DNA of 62,546 nucleotides, the filler included, from Babesia bigemina (taxonomy: Eukaryota): NCBI RefSeq assembly GCF_000981445.1. It is 12 parts of 12 records of this genome, joined end to end, with 100 filler letters (N's around TTAATTAATTAA, not from the genome) between each part and the next. Parts side by side here need not be neighbours in the genome. Positions count along the whole stretch, not along the records: positions 1 to 2,771 come from NW_012237102.1; positions 2,872 to 9,272 come from NW_012237103.1; positions 9,373 to 11,559 come from NW_012237104.1; 9 more parts are not named here. One strand, written 5' to 3'. Below are positions 1-10,096 of this stretch, in pieces. Made by a program: the position numbers and the translations under genes. Positions within the stretch are counted from its first letter, which is position 1, and each line of letters starts with the position of its first letter. Below the pieces are notes generated by a model. That model saw nothing but the letters and a program-made list of their open reading frames with translations, made no database searches and was not told the DNA's origin.

Positions 1-232
1 CTGAACCCGGGTGCAATGATACGCTCAGAACCCTGAAACGCGTAGATCGTTAGAGAACCCGGGAATCCCGAGAACCGTGGAGCCTGGGAGCCGCTAAGCG
101 TAGAGCCCTGTAGCTGTGAACCCTGAGACCCTAGAGCCCTAGACCCGGGAGCCTAAAACCTAAACCGTGAAAAAGCCTAAGCGCTGAAGGACTAGAGCCT
201 AGAACCCTAGAGCGCTAAAGGCCGGAAACCCT
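1..232 (+). repeat. Degenerate telomeric repeat (probably low-quality read end)
   Basis: Scrambled CCCTAAA-like units (ccctga, ccctaga, cctaaa) that sharpen progressively into the clean array. Confidence 0.6.
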
Positions 233-1325
233 AGAACCCTAAACCCTAAACCCTAAAACCCTAAACCCTAAACCCTAAACCCTAAACCCTAAAACCCTAA
301 AAACCCTAAACCCTAAAACCCTAAACCCTAAAACCCTAAAACCCTAAAACCCCTAAACCCTAAACCTAAACCCTAAAAACCCTAAAACCCTAAAACCCTA
401 AAAACCCTAAAACCCTAAAACCCTAAAACCCTAAACCCTAAACCCTAAAAACCCTAAACCTAAAAACCCTAAAACCTAAAACCCTAAAACCCTAAAAACC
501 CTAAAACCCTAAACCCTAAAACCCTAAAACCCTAAAACCCTAAAACCCTAAAAACCTAAAACCCTAAAACCCTAAAACCCTAAAACCCTAAACCCTAAAA
601 ACCCTAAAAACCCTAAACCCTAAACCCTAAAACCCTAAAACCCTAAACCCTAAAACCCTAAAACCCTAAAAACCCTAAAAACCCTAAAACCCTAAAAACC
701 CTAAAACCCTAAAACCCTAAAACCCTAAAAACCCTAAAACCCTAAAAACCCTAAACCCTAAAACCCTAAAAACCCTAAAACCCTAAAAACCCTAAAACCC
801 TAAAACCCTAAAAACCCTAAAACCCTAAAAACCCTAAAACCCTAAAACCCTAAAACCCTAAAACCCTAAAACCCTAAAACCCTAAAACCCTAAAACCCTA
901 AAACCCTAAAACCCTAAAAACCCTAAAACCCTAAAACCCTAAAACCCTAAAAACCCAAAACCCTAAACCCTAAAACCCTAAAACCCTAAAAACCCTAAAA
1001 ACCCTAAAACCCTAAACCCTAAACCCTAAAACCCTAAAACCCTAAACCCTAAAAACCCTAAAACCCTAAAACCCTAAACCCTAAAACCCTAAAACCCTAA
1101 AACCCTAAAACCCTAAAAACCCTAAAAACCCTAAAACCCTAAAACCCTAAAACCCTAAAACCCTAAAAACCCTAAACCCTAAACCCTAAAACCCCTAAAC
1201 CCTAAACCAAACCCTAAACCCTAAAAAACCCTAAAACCCTAAAAACCCTAAACCCTAAAACCCTAAAACCCTAAGAACCTAAAACCCTAAGAACCTAAGA
1301 ACCTAAAAAAAACCTAAAAACCTAA
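233..1325 (+). repeat. Telomeric repeat array, C-strand, CCCTAAA/CCCTAAAA/CCCTAAAAA
   Basis: About 1.1 kb of tandem CCCTA(3-5) at the sequence start, oriented as a left chromosome end; T3-4AGGG-type repeats are known from piroplasms. Confidence 0.95.
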
Positions 1326-1365
1326 GCCCAGTGACCTGGCCTCCTAACCCTAGAATTCTAGGACC

Positions 1366-2745
1366 TCATCTACTCATCTTCCTGTTTCTGGCCTTAGATA
1401 AGCCTTGATTCTAATTTGCCTTGTTATTGCTACTCATCTTATCTTATTCAGCTACTCATCTTATTCAGCTACTCATCTTATCTTATTCAGCTACTCATCT
1501 TATCTTATTCAGCTACTCATCTTATCTTATTCAGCTACTCATCTTCCTGTTTCTGGCCTTAGATAAGCCTTGATTCTAATTTGCCTTGTTATTGCTACTC
1601 ATCTTATTCAGCTACTCATCTTATCTTATTCAGCTACTCATCTTATCTTATTCAGCTACTCATCTTATCTTATTCAGCTACTCATCTTATCTTATTCAGC
1701 TACTCATCTTATCTTATTCAGCTACTCATCTTATCTTATTCAGCTACTCATCTTATCTTATTCAGCTACTCATCTTATCTTATTCAGCTACTCATCTTAT
1801 CTTATTCAGCTACTCATCTTATCTTATTCGCTACTCATCTTATCTTAATCAGCTACTCATCTTCCTGATTCAGCTACTCATCTTATCTTATTCAGCTACT
1901 CATCTTATCTTATTCAGCTACTCATCTTATCTTATTCAGCTACTCATCTTATCTTATTCAGCTACTCATCTTATCTTATTCAGCTACTCATCTTATCTTA
2001 TTCAGCTACTCATCTTATCTTATTCAGCTACTCATCTTATCTTATTCAGCTACTCATCTTATCTTATTCAGCTACTCATCTTATCTTATTCAGCTACTCA
2101 TCTTATCTTATTCAGCTACTCATCTTCCTGTTTCTGGCCTTAGATAAGCCTTGATTCTAATTTGCCTTGTTATTGCTACTCATCTTATTCAGCTACTCAT
2201 CTTATCTTATTCAGCTACTCATCTTATCTTATTCAGCTACTCATCTTATCTTATTCAGCTACTCATCTTATCTTATTCAGCTACTCATCTTATCTTATTC
2301 AGCTACTCATCTTATCTTATTCAGCTACTCATCTTATCTTATTCAGCTACTCATCTTATCTTATTCAGCTACTCATCTTATCTTATTCAGCTACTCATCT
2401 TATCTTATTCAGCTACTCATCTTATCTTATTCAGCTACTCATCTTATCTTATTCAGCTACTCATCTTATCTTATTCAGCTACTCATCTTATCTTATTCAG
2501 CTACTCATCTTATCTTATTCAGCTACTCATCTTATCTTATTCAGCTACTCATCTTATTCAGCTACTCATCTTATTCAGCTACTCATCTTATCTTATTCAG
2601 CTACTCATCTTATCTTATTCAGCTACTCATCTTATCTTATTCAGCTACTCATCTTATCTTATTCAGCTACTCATCTTATCTTATTCAGCTACTCATCTTA
2701 TCTTATTCAGCTACTCATCTTATTCAGCTACTCATCTTATCTATT
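1366..2745 (+). repeat. Subtelomeric 22-bp tandem repeat CAGCTACTCATCTTATCTTATT with a recurring ~55-bp interruption
   Basis: Near-perfect 22-mer, occasional 17-nt units; insert CTTCCTGTTTCTGGCCTTAGATAAGCCTTGATTCTAATTTGCCTTGTTATTG at ~1378, ~1543 and ~2124. Confidence 0.95.
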
Positions 2746-2771
2746 CAGCACTCTCTTTTCGGCGTCATTTT

Positions 2772-2871
2772 NNNNNNNNNNNNNNNNNNNNNNNNNNNNN
2801 NNNNNNNNNNNNNNNTTAATTAATTAANNNNNNNNNNNNNNNNNNNNNNNNNNNNNNNNNNNNNNNNNNNN
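2772..2871. other. Artificial contig linker (N-run + TTAATTAATTAA six-frame stop + N-run); identical linkers at 9273-9372, 11560-11659, 13677-13776, 17574-17673, 36287-36386, 39658-39757, 44400-44499, 47559-47658, 50355-50454, 56598-56697
   Basis: All eleven gaps are exactly 100 nt with the same central 12-mer. Confidence 0.98.
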
Positions 2872-2873
2872 AC

Positions 2874-4538
2874 ACTCGCGTACATTCATCCAAACTAGGT
2901 CCATCTATTCTCGAGCAATTCGATGATCCAGACGAGGAGGAGACAGAGAGCGATGTGAGCTTTAAAGTCATCGACGTTGCGGCCGAATCCATATCGCTTC
3001 CAGCCCATCCTAACAACGTAATATACAATAAAGTTGCCGATGCACTCAACGACATTTGCGCGAAATCCTATGACGTGTTGACTAGAATTCTCGGCACGGG
3101 AGACGCTTTCACAACCTACGCCGTTGACTACTCTAACAATTCGCTTAAATTGTATTATCCCGAATCTGGCGAGGATTGCCTCAACATGGTTTTAGACATC
3201 CTTCGTCGACTGTTCCCGGCCCTTCAATTCCTATATACTCAATGTCATTTATCCACCAAGCACGGTGGATGGTACGATTGCCAGTACGGCAGAGATGTCG
3301 GTTCTACCAAATGGCCATGCAATGAGCATACCAAAGCGTCAACCAAAGCGTCGACCAAAGAGCCGACCAAAGAGTCAACCAAATGCTCAACCAACTCGCC
3401 CCTTCAGTCATACCTCAGCGACTGCCTTACCGGATGTCTTCCTCACGATCTATCCTCCATTGGTTGTAGGTCTGTATGTTCAACATGTGCAAAATCTAAA
3501 CCTGGCATGCCGTGCTTGACACCCCTGGGTTTCCGTGGTTTCTCTGGTAGCACTAGGACGGGCAGAGACATATGTGAAATTCTGAGAAAATTCTTCTCCA
3601 ATGCGCATCTCTCAGCACTGATCTGCTTGGTGCCTAAACCGCCATCCACTTTACCTGAACATTTCAGTTATGCTTTGTCGCTTGTCGAGGGGTTAAAAGA
3701 TAGTGTCAGCCATCCGCTCAGAGACGCGGTCGACTCTGCCATTACGAAGCAGTCCATTGATCTATATCGCACCTACACGGAACTCACCGGTGCACTGCGT
3801 GATGCCTATGGTAGCACTCAGGAATCCCATTCGGAAGACAGCCACAGTATCAAAACAGCCAATCTAGCGAGTCTATCGAAGAACACCCGCTGTGATAATA
3901 AGCTGTGTGCCCCGTACCTCCGTTCCTTGTTCAATTATTCATATCGTCATTTACCCAAAAAGCATAAGGACCTCTATCTATCGTGGGCGATATACCTTCC
4001 ATGGAGCTTCCACAAATTTCTCAAATTATTGCTTGAAGAATTCAAGCAAATCTATTGCAGGGACTGGGGATGCCGTAGCTGCCAACATGGCAATAGTTGT
4101 AGACCAGGGCATCACGGAAGCTTTGACACTCCTTGTCACTGCTCATCAATTGTCAGCTGCAAAGGTGTCATGGCCACTCTGTACAGATGTGGATTTGTCT
4201 TCGGCGATGCTGCTATGTTGAATGAGGATGAAAAATCTAAGACGTGTGCCCATTTTGGCGTGCTATTGAGCAGAGTTATTAGCTCTGACTACTTCAAACA
4301 ACTATTCAAAACGTGCGACAATTTCCTGTGGAAAATTAGGGAGCCCTTCATCTGGCTCAATGTCGCCCTCTGGCTCCTCTCTTTGTTGTACCTCCTCCAC
4401 ATCATGGTCATCCGCCTAGACCTCCTCCACATCAAATCTCACTTGCATAGTCCCTCATCACATCGCATCGCTGCTCAGTCACTACTCGCCGCCGCACGTG
4501 TTAACAAACTTAACAAAGTGTTTTACCTGCAACCATAA
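2874..4538 (+). CDS. ves1: VESA1b-like variant surface antigen, 3' part (5' end in gap)
   Basis: Frame open from the gap; Cys-rich domain (GWYDCQYG, PCLTPLGFRGF), TM segment PFIWLNVALWLLSLLYLLHIMVI, tail RLDLLHIKSHLHSPSSHRIAAQSLLAAARVNKLNKVFYLQP. Confidence 0.85.
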   Translation, partial: TRVHSSKLGPSILEQFDDPDEEETESDVSFKVIDVAAESISLPAHPNNVIYNKVADALNDICAKSYDVLTRILGTGDAFTTYAVDYSNNSLKLYYPESGEDCLNMVLDILRRLFPALQFLYTQCHLSTKHGGWYDCQYGRDVGSTKWPCNEHTKASTKASTKEPTKESTKCSTNSPLQSYLSDCLTGCLPHDLSSIGCRSVCSTCAKSKPGMPCLTPLGFRGFSGSTRTGRDICEILRKFFSNAHLSALICLVPKPPSTLPEHFSYALSLVEGLKDSVSHPLRDAVDSAITKQSIDLYRTYTELTGALRDAYGSTQESHSEDSHSIKTANLASLSKNTRCDNKLCAPYLRSLFNYSYRHLPKKHKDLYLSWAIYLPWSFHKFLKLLLEEFKQIYCRDWGCRSCQHGNSCRPGHHGSFDTPCHCSSIVSCKGVMATLYRCGFVFGDAAMLNEDEKSKTCAHFGVLLSRVISSDYFKQLFKTCDNFLWKIREPFIWLNVALWLLSLLYLLHIMVIRLDLLHIKSHLHSPSSHRIAAQSLLAAARVNKLNKVFYLQP

Positions 4539-4665
4539 TCGTACTCACGTGTTTACTATCTACACTCACCTAGCATATCACCTACTCACCTAACTTATGA
4601 ATTGTGCTTTAATCTGTTGTATCACACATTGATCGTTGTATGTGATTGTGTAGTAGTTAACTAAA
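4539..4665 (+). promoter_or_regulatory. Conserved ves 3' flank/UTR (also 17960-18084, 25324-25447, 31993-32117, 58146-58270, and 53533-53653 on minus)
   Basis: TCGTACTCACGTGTT..ACACTCACCTAGC..CACCTACTCACCTAA..GTATGTGATTGTGTA follows six ves stop codons. Confidence 0.8.
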
Positions 4666-5349
4666 GTGTTGAACAAGATGCTGCCCAAAGTGTTGACCAA
4701 GGTGCTGACCAATGCCACGACCAACGTGGTGACCAAGGTGGTGACCAATGTGCTGCCCAAACTGTTGACCAAGGTGCTGACCAATGTGCTGACCAATGTG
4801 CTGTCCAACGTGCTGACCAATGTGCTGTCCAACGTGCTGACCAATGTGCTGACCAATGTGCTGACCAATGTGCTGACCAATCTGCTGACCAATGCCACGA
4901 CCAAAGTGGTGACCTAAGTGCTGACCAACGTGCTGACCAACGTGCTGACCAAAGTGGTGACCTATGTGCTGACCAAAGTGGTGACCTATGTGCTGACCAA
5001 TGCCATGACCAAAGTGGTGATCCAGATGCTGACCAAAGTGGTGACCAATGTGCTGACCAACGTGCTGACCAGAGTGTTGACCAATGTTCTGACCAAAGCG
5101 CTGATCAATGTGCTGACCAAAGTGCTGACCAATGTGCTGACCAATGTGCTGACCAATGTGCTGACCAATGTGCTGACCAAAGTGCTGACCAACGTGTTGA
5201 CCAATGTGCTGACCAATGCCATGACCAATGTGCTGACTAATGCTCTGACCAAGTGCTGACCAAGGTGCTGACCAATGCCATGACCAAAGTGCTGACCAAT
5301 GCTATGACCAAAGTGTTGACCAAAGTGCTGACCAATGTGTTGACCAAGT
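4666..5349 (+). repeat. 12-bp array (GTGCTGACCAAT-type), spacer module 1
   Basis: Tandem degenerate 12-mers with TGACCAA core. Confidence 0.95.
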
Positions 5350-5515
5350 TGATGGTTCCGGCAGCGATGACATGGACACGGCAGCGATGACATGGTCACG
5401 GCAGCGATGAAATGGTCACGGCAGCGATGACAGTTACGGCAGCGATGAAATGGTCACGGCAGCGATGACATGGTCACGGCAGCGATGACATGGTCACGGC
5501 AGCGATGACATGGAA
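5350..5515 (+). repeat. 20-bp array (CATGGTCACGGCAGCGATGA), spacer module 2
   Basis: About 8 tandem units. Confidence 0.95.
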
Positions 5516-5530
5516 ACAAGTGGTGATTAT

Positions 5531-5878
5531 TATCCACTCTACATCGCCCCTTAACCCACTCTACATCGCTCCCTAACCCACTCTACATCGCCCCTTAACC
5601 CACTCTACATCGCTCCCTAATCCACTCCACATCGCCCCTTTATCCACTCCACATCGCTCCCTAACCCACTCTACATCGCTCCCTAACCCACTCTACATCG
5701 CTCCCTAACCCACTCTACATCGCTCCCTAACCCACTCCACATCGCCCCTCTATCCACTCCACATCGCTCCCTAACCCACCCTACATCGCTCCCTTATCCA
5801 CTCCACATCGCCCCTTTATCCACTCTACATCGCTCCTCTACCCACTCTACATCGCCCCTTATCCACTCTACATCGCCC
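5531..5878 (+). repeat. 22-bp satellite (CCACTCTACATCGCYCCYTWAY), spacer module 3
   Basis: About 16 tandem units, C-rich on the ves sense strand. Confidence 0.95.
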
Positions 5879-5925
5879 GAATTACCTCGCCATAATACCG
5901 CTATGACCTCCATAAACCATTATAA
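5879..5925 (+). promoter_or_regulatory. Conserved ves 5' leader AATYACCTCGCCATAATACCGCTATGACC (nine copies: 5879, 19895, 26540, 35612, 46524, 48921, 60249 on +; ~10093, ~16786, ~51236 on -, two of the + copies being duplicates)
   Basis: Same ~30-45 bp immediately follows the last satellite unit at each ves 5' end except the one at 41829. Confidence 0.75.
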
Positions 5926-8900
5926 TGTCTTGCTGATACTGACCATTCTCTTACTGACGATGCTACTAAGAAAGCCTTGAAGGACATTGACTCCAAGCTC
6001 ATTAGCCTTGGTCACCTTGCTGGTCAACTTGGCGCTTTTGTTGGTGAAAGTGAGAGTGTTAAGAAAGCCATTGTGAATGCTATAAACATCCTTACTGAAC
6101 AACATAATAAGTGTAAAAACGCCAAAAATCATAATCTAAATTTTAGTGATTGTCAAGATCCTACGAATTGTCAGAGCATCACTCAGCAGATAGAGAAACT
6201 TAAGAGCCTTAAAGAAGCAAATAAAAACAGCCAAAATAATCCAAATGAATTGCTTAAAAATCTTTGCGATGGTCTTCAGACTTTCCTCGGCTTCAACAAA
6301 GACTCCAAAGGCTACACTGGAGAGGGGATTGTGTACTCTGACTTGGATAGGCTCTGTGATGCGGTGATGGGATTTTTGTATGAAATAATTAGTGAAGTAA
6401 AAGAAAATTCAAACTTATCACCTTATAAAAACACATTAGAAAAAGCAGTAAATGAATTAAATAAAAATCTTAATAAAGGCAAAAACGGTTTGCAGGCTGC
6501 GATTGAGCCGGTCAAGCAGGGGATAAAGGGGTGGTTGGGGGAGGTGAATGAAAAAAATAAAAAAGTGATGAGGCCTTTAGAAATACTGCAATCGACAATA
6601 GATGGCCATATGTCGGCCAATCTCGATGAAATGTCCATCACCGATCAGTTGAAAAATTGGCAGGGCATCGCAGGCATATACCTCGGGAACGTTTTGAGTT
6701 CAGAGACAGCCTTGGATGGAATCGATAAAAACCTAAGAAACAAAATAGCATCTAGAATAGAGTTAATTAAGGAGGTTGTTCAAAATTTCGGCACTTCCGT
6801 GGATGACCCTGCAGTGCAGAATTCCGTCGAAGCGGTTAAGAATAAGTTGACGGAGTTGCCGCAGAACGTCAATAGGGAAATTGGATCGCGAATGCAGGAA
6901 TTGCAGAAATCATTAAACGATAATTTCAGAAACATCGACGATCAAATCAAGAACGTCAGAAAGGAGAAGGACAACCATATTGGCAACATTAAGAGAGCCG
7001 TGAACCAGGCGAAGCTGTTAGCGAAGAATTTGCTAGGTGACGGGGGAAAGGATTATGAGAAAACGTATAAAGAGGTTATTATGCAGCAGTTTACTGATTT
7101 AAAAAAGTCGATTGAGAAATTCACCGGAACGGATTCTGGCACTACCGATCTGCTGAGGAATTTCGAAATCGTTCGGATGAAAGTGGAAGGACTGGATGAT
7201 GATGTTTATCGTGGGTTGGAAAAGTTGAAGCAGGGGATTGATGAGCTTCACAGTCAAATAGATGTTTCTGGTGGTAGTAGTCTCGTCAACGATCAGCTAG
7301 AAGAGCTAGGACGATCGAAGCATAAGTTAGACAGCACGGAGAGCGCCATAACCAATATGTCACAAAGCTTAAGCAGTCAATATAATGCCGCCATTAAGAG
7401 TTTTCACAAAGAATTTGAATCATTGTGTCAACACGTTAGTAAACTTAAGACGGATGAAATTAAAAGTGGTCTGAGCGCTCTGGCGGAGAGTCTTGAGAGG
7501 CCTGTAACTGATCTGAAGACTGTGCATACAACGATCAAGGAGCAAGTTGATTTGAAGCTTCGAGATATTAGAAAAACGTTAGCGGAGCCGATCCAGGCGG
7601 TTAAGAATGCCATTAAGACAAACGTAATAGGTGCATATTTTGAGGATTTAGGAAGCGTCGATTACACAAAGCTTCGGCAAGGTGATACCAGTCACTTGGG
7701 CCTCAAAGTCGGTTCCATTTTCAAAGACTGGCTCACTGTGGCCGTTGGAACATCATATGGCACCGCAACTATGCAGGCAAATTTAGAGTTCCTGAAAAGA
7801 GAACACACCATCAAAAAATTACCAACTGGATCTTCAACCACAGGTTTCAAAGCCATGAAAGCCGATGCGGAGGGAAAGATCGTCGCCGCAGATGGCGACG
7901 TCGAATCCTTTGCAGACACCGCAGCCCGGGAGGGCACAAAGCGTTATCAGGATGCGCTTGATACTAAAATCAATGGTGCTTCGGGAACTGGACACGGTAT
8001 TTATAAACAATTATCTGACGTGATACAGAAACTGAAAACCCCTACCCAAGAGCCTAATGGCGATCCTTTCCTTTCAGCGTTCAGCCAGTTTGAAGAGAAA
8101 TTAAACCAGTTATTACTAGCTTCCAAGAACGCTGAACTTACCGAAGCTCAAGTCCAACGTCTCGTCAACGAGCTTACAGTAGCTGTGGGAGATCTCAAGG
8201 GCGCTATCACCTCTTTTGACGAAGATGCCCAGAGGGAGATCAAGAATGCTGCCAAGACTGCAATTGAGGGTGTACTTGACAAATTTGAGATGGATTCGAG
8301 TAAGAAAATCAACGTGGCGGAAATGATGAAACAGTTTGACGAATCCAGAAAGGCCCTTGACGAAGCGGTATATGCAATTGACGCAGAACTTAACCAACTG
8401 AAAAAACTTCCTACCACAGTTGATGCTAAGAGTAAAACTGCTGGTCAAGTTATGGATCAATTAAAAAGCAAGATCCAAAATATTCTTAGTAATGTTGAAG
8501 CAATTCTACCAAAGGTGCAGGCCGCCGAGGAAGCTCTCACCGGGCCAATCGACACCTTGGAAGCCGCGCTAGTGAGTGCACAGAGCTTTGTCAAATTAAC
8601 TCTGCCTGCCCTTGATAAGCACTTAAAGAAACAAGTTTCGCAAGCATTTAGTGAGCTAGAGGAATGCATCCAACAGATGTTCAATGCGCAAATGAAGGCC
8701 GAGGTGAAAGCCCTGCAGGCGTCTGTCTCCGGTCAGATTCCGAAAATTCGGAAGACCATCAACGACGACTTGGTTACTGGGTTGAAAGGGCTCATAGGTA
8801 AGATGAACGAAAAAATAGATCCGCTAAAAAATATAGATAATTTCAAAACTCTCACCGGACTATCTACGAAGGCGTATTTATTCTTCAAGGAGCTCGTCAC

Positions 8901-9272
8901 TTACTCAAATGGCGATTTGAAGAAACTTGACAAAAAATTCAATCAACTCGAAAACTTCGAAAAAGACATCGAAAAATTCGCATCGGCACTAAATCTTTAC
9001 GCCCACTTCAGCCACCCCGTCTCCCTCCGCCTCGCCACCCTCTCCTCTTCCACCTCCTCCCTCGACCCCCAAGCGCTGCCGGACGCAGGACGGCCCGTGC
9101 TCAAGGCGCTGCGGGATGGGATGCTGGGATTCGTGGGAGAGTTGGGGAAGGGGTATGTGAGTAGGTATGATGGAGGTGAAAGTATTAAAGAGTGGGTTAA
9201 AAGAGACGGTGAAAAAGATGTTTTGACGCCTGAAGGAAAAATGGCGCTAAGGTGTTTTTGACGCTGCTCAAC
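5926..9272 (+). CDS. ves1: VESA1b-like antigen, 5' two-thirds; leader ATG (5903) out of frame, runs into gap
   Basis: LCDGLQTFLGFN..KGYTGEGIVYSDLDRLCDAVMGFL anchor then long helical region. The stop at 9261 follows an A-run slip (alternate frame gives EGKNGAKVFL, as in paralogs). Confidence 0.75.
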
Positions 9273-9372
9273 NNNNNNNNNNNNNNNNNNNNNNNNNNNN
9301 NNNNNNNNNNNNNNNNTTAATTAATTAANNNNNNNNNNNNNNNNNNNNNNNNNNNNNNNNNNNNNNNNNNNN

Positions 9373-10070
9373 GGTGGAATGCTTCGTTGGATCTTTCGGC
9401 ATTATATTGACAGTCACGAAGGTTCTGCCTGAATATGTATCACAGGGGTTTCCAGGTGCTCCTCACTGTACGTCACAGCCTGCACGGATTTCTTGGTTGT
9501 ACCTGAAACAGCATCATTTTCTAAAACTTTACTTACCTTATCATTCATGGTATTTAACTGCATCTCTAAATTGTTTATCTTGGCTGTGATATCATCATTC
9601 TGTTTTTTCACGTCCCTGTTATACTTCTCGATTTCCTTGGGCAACTTTTCGAAAAGCCTTTTAAAGCCCTCGTGCCCTGAGCAAAGATGATTGTTAATTT
9701 CATTACTTACCAAGTTTTGTAATGTATTTTTACCGACATTGTATGTCTGAGTGTTTTTCACCGCCTCAAGCACACCACTCAAAAATCCCATCACCCCGTC
9801 ACACAGCCTGTCCAGGTCCGAGTACACAATCCCCTGGCCAGTGTAGCCTTTGGAAGATGGATTGAAGCCGAGGAAGGTTTCGAGGCCGTCACAAAGGTTA
9901 TTAAGGATGATAGTAGGGTTGTTATTTGAGGTATTTTTAAGGTTTTAAATTTTGTCAAATTTCTTGTCAAGCTCACTAGGCGGCACATGGTCAGGGCAGT
10001 GGCAAGAGGTGGAAGAGGGGAAGGGAAGGGTGACAAGGCACAAGTTATTATTGTGGTCTAAAGAGGTCAC
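9373..10070 (-). pseudogene. ves1: ves 5' fragment; leader ATG changed to GTG, in-frame TAA at 9945-9947
   Basis: SSTSCHCPDHVPP leader, IVYSDLDRLCDGVMGFL anchor (ORF 9414..9827), truncated by gap. Confidence 0.7.
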
Positions 10071-10096
10071 AGCGGTATTATGGCGAGGTAATTAAA

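Noticed and set aside
1570..2827. ORFs LILSYSATH/YSSYLIQ in three frames
   Set aside because: Translations of a stop-free 22-bp tandem repeat; no unique coding content.
2816..2827. Recurring TTAATTAATTAA palindrome
   Set aside because: Artificial six-frame-stop linker centred in each 100-nt gap.
1..4538. Claim that this ves cluster is directly subtelomeric, or that inversions lie between contigs
   Set aside because: Contigs are joined by artificial linkers, so adjacency and orientation are unverified.
4590..5399. VLTN/LVST/GQHI ORFs and equivalents in other spacers
   Set aside because: By-products of the 12-bp array; stops and lengths differ between copies.
5903..5980. Signal-peptide-like MTSINHYNVLLILTILLLTMLLRKP*
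   Set aside because: Out-of-frame reading created by the leader junction; the ves-homologous frame is different.
9230..9272. Programmed frameshifts or true truncations at ORF ends (also ~36160, ~39585, ~44265, ~50130, ~56533, ~56750, ~62535)
   Set aside because: Mostly single-base indels in runs near contig ends; the alternative frame usually restores paralog motifs, so sequencing error is likelier.
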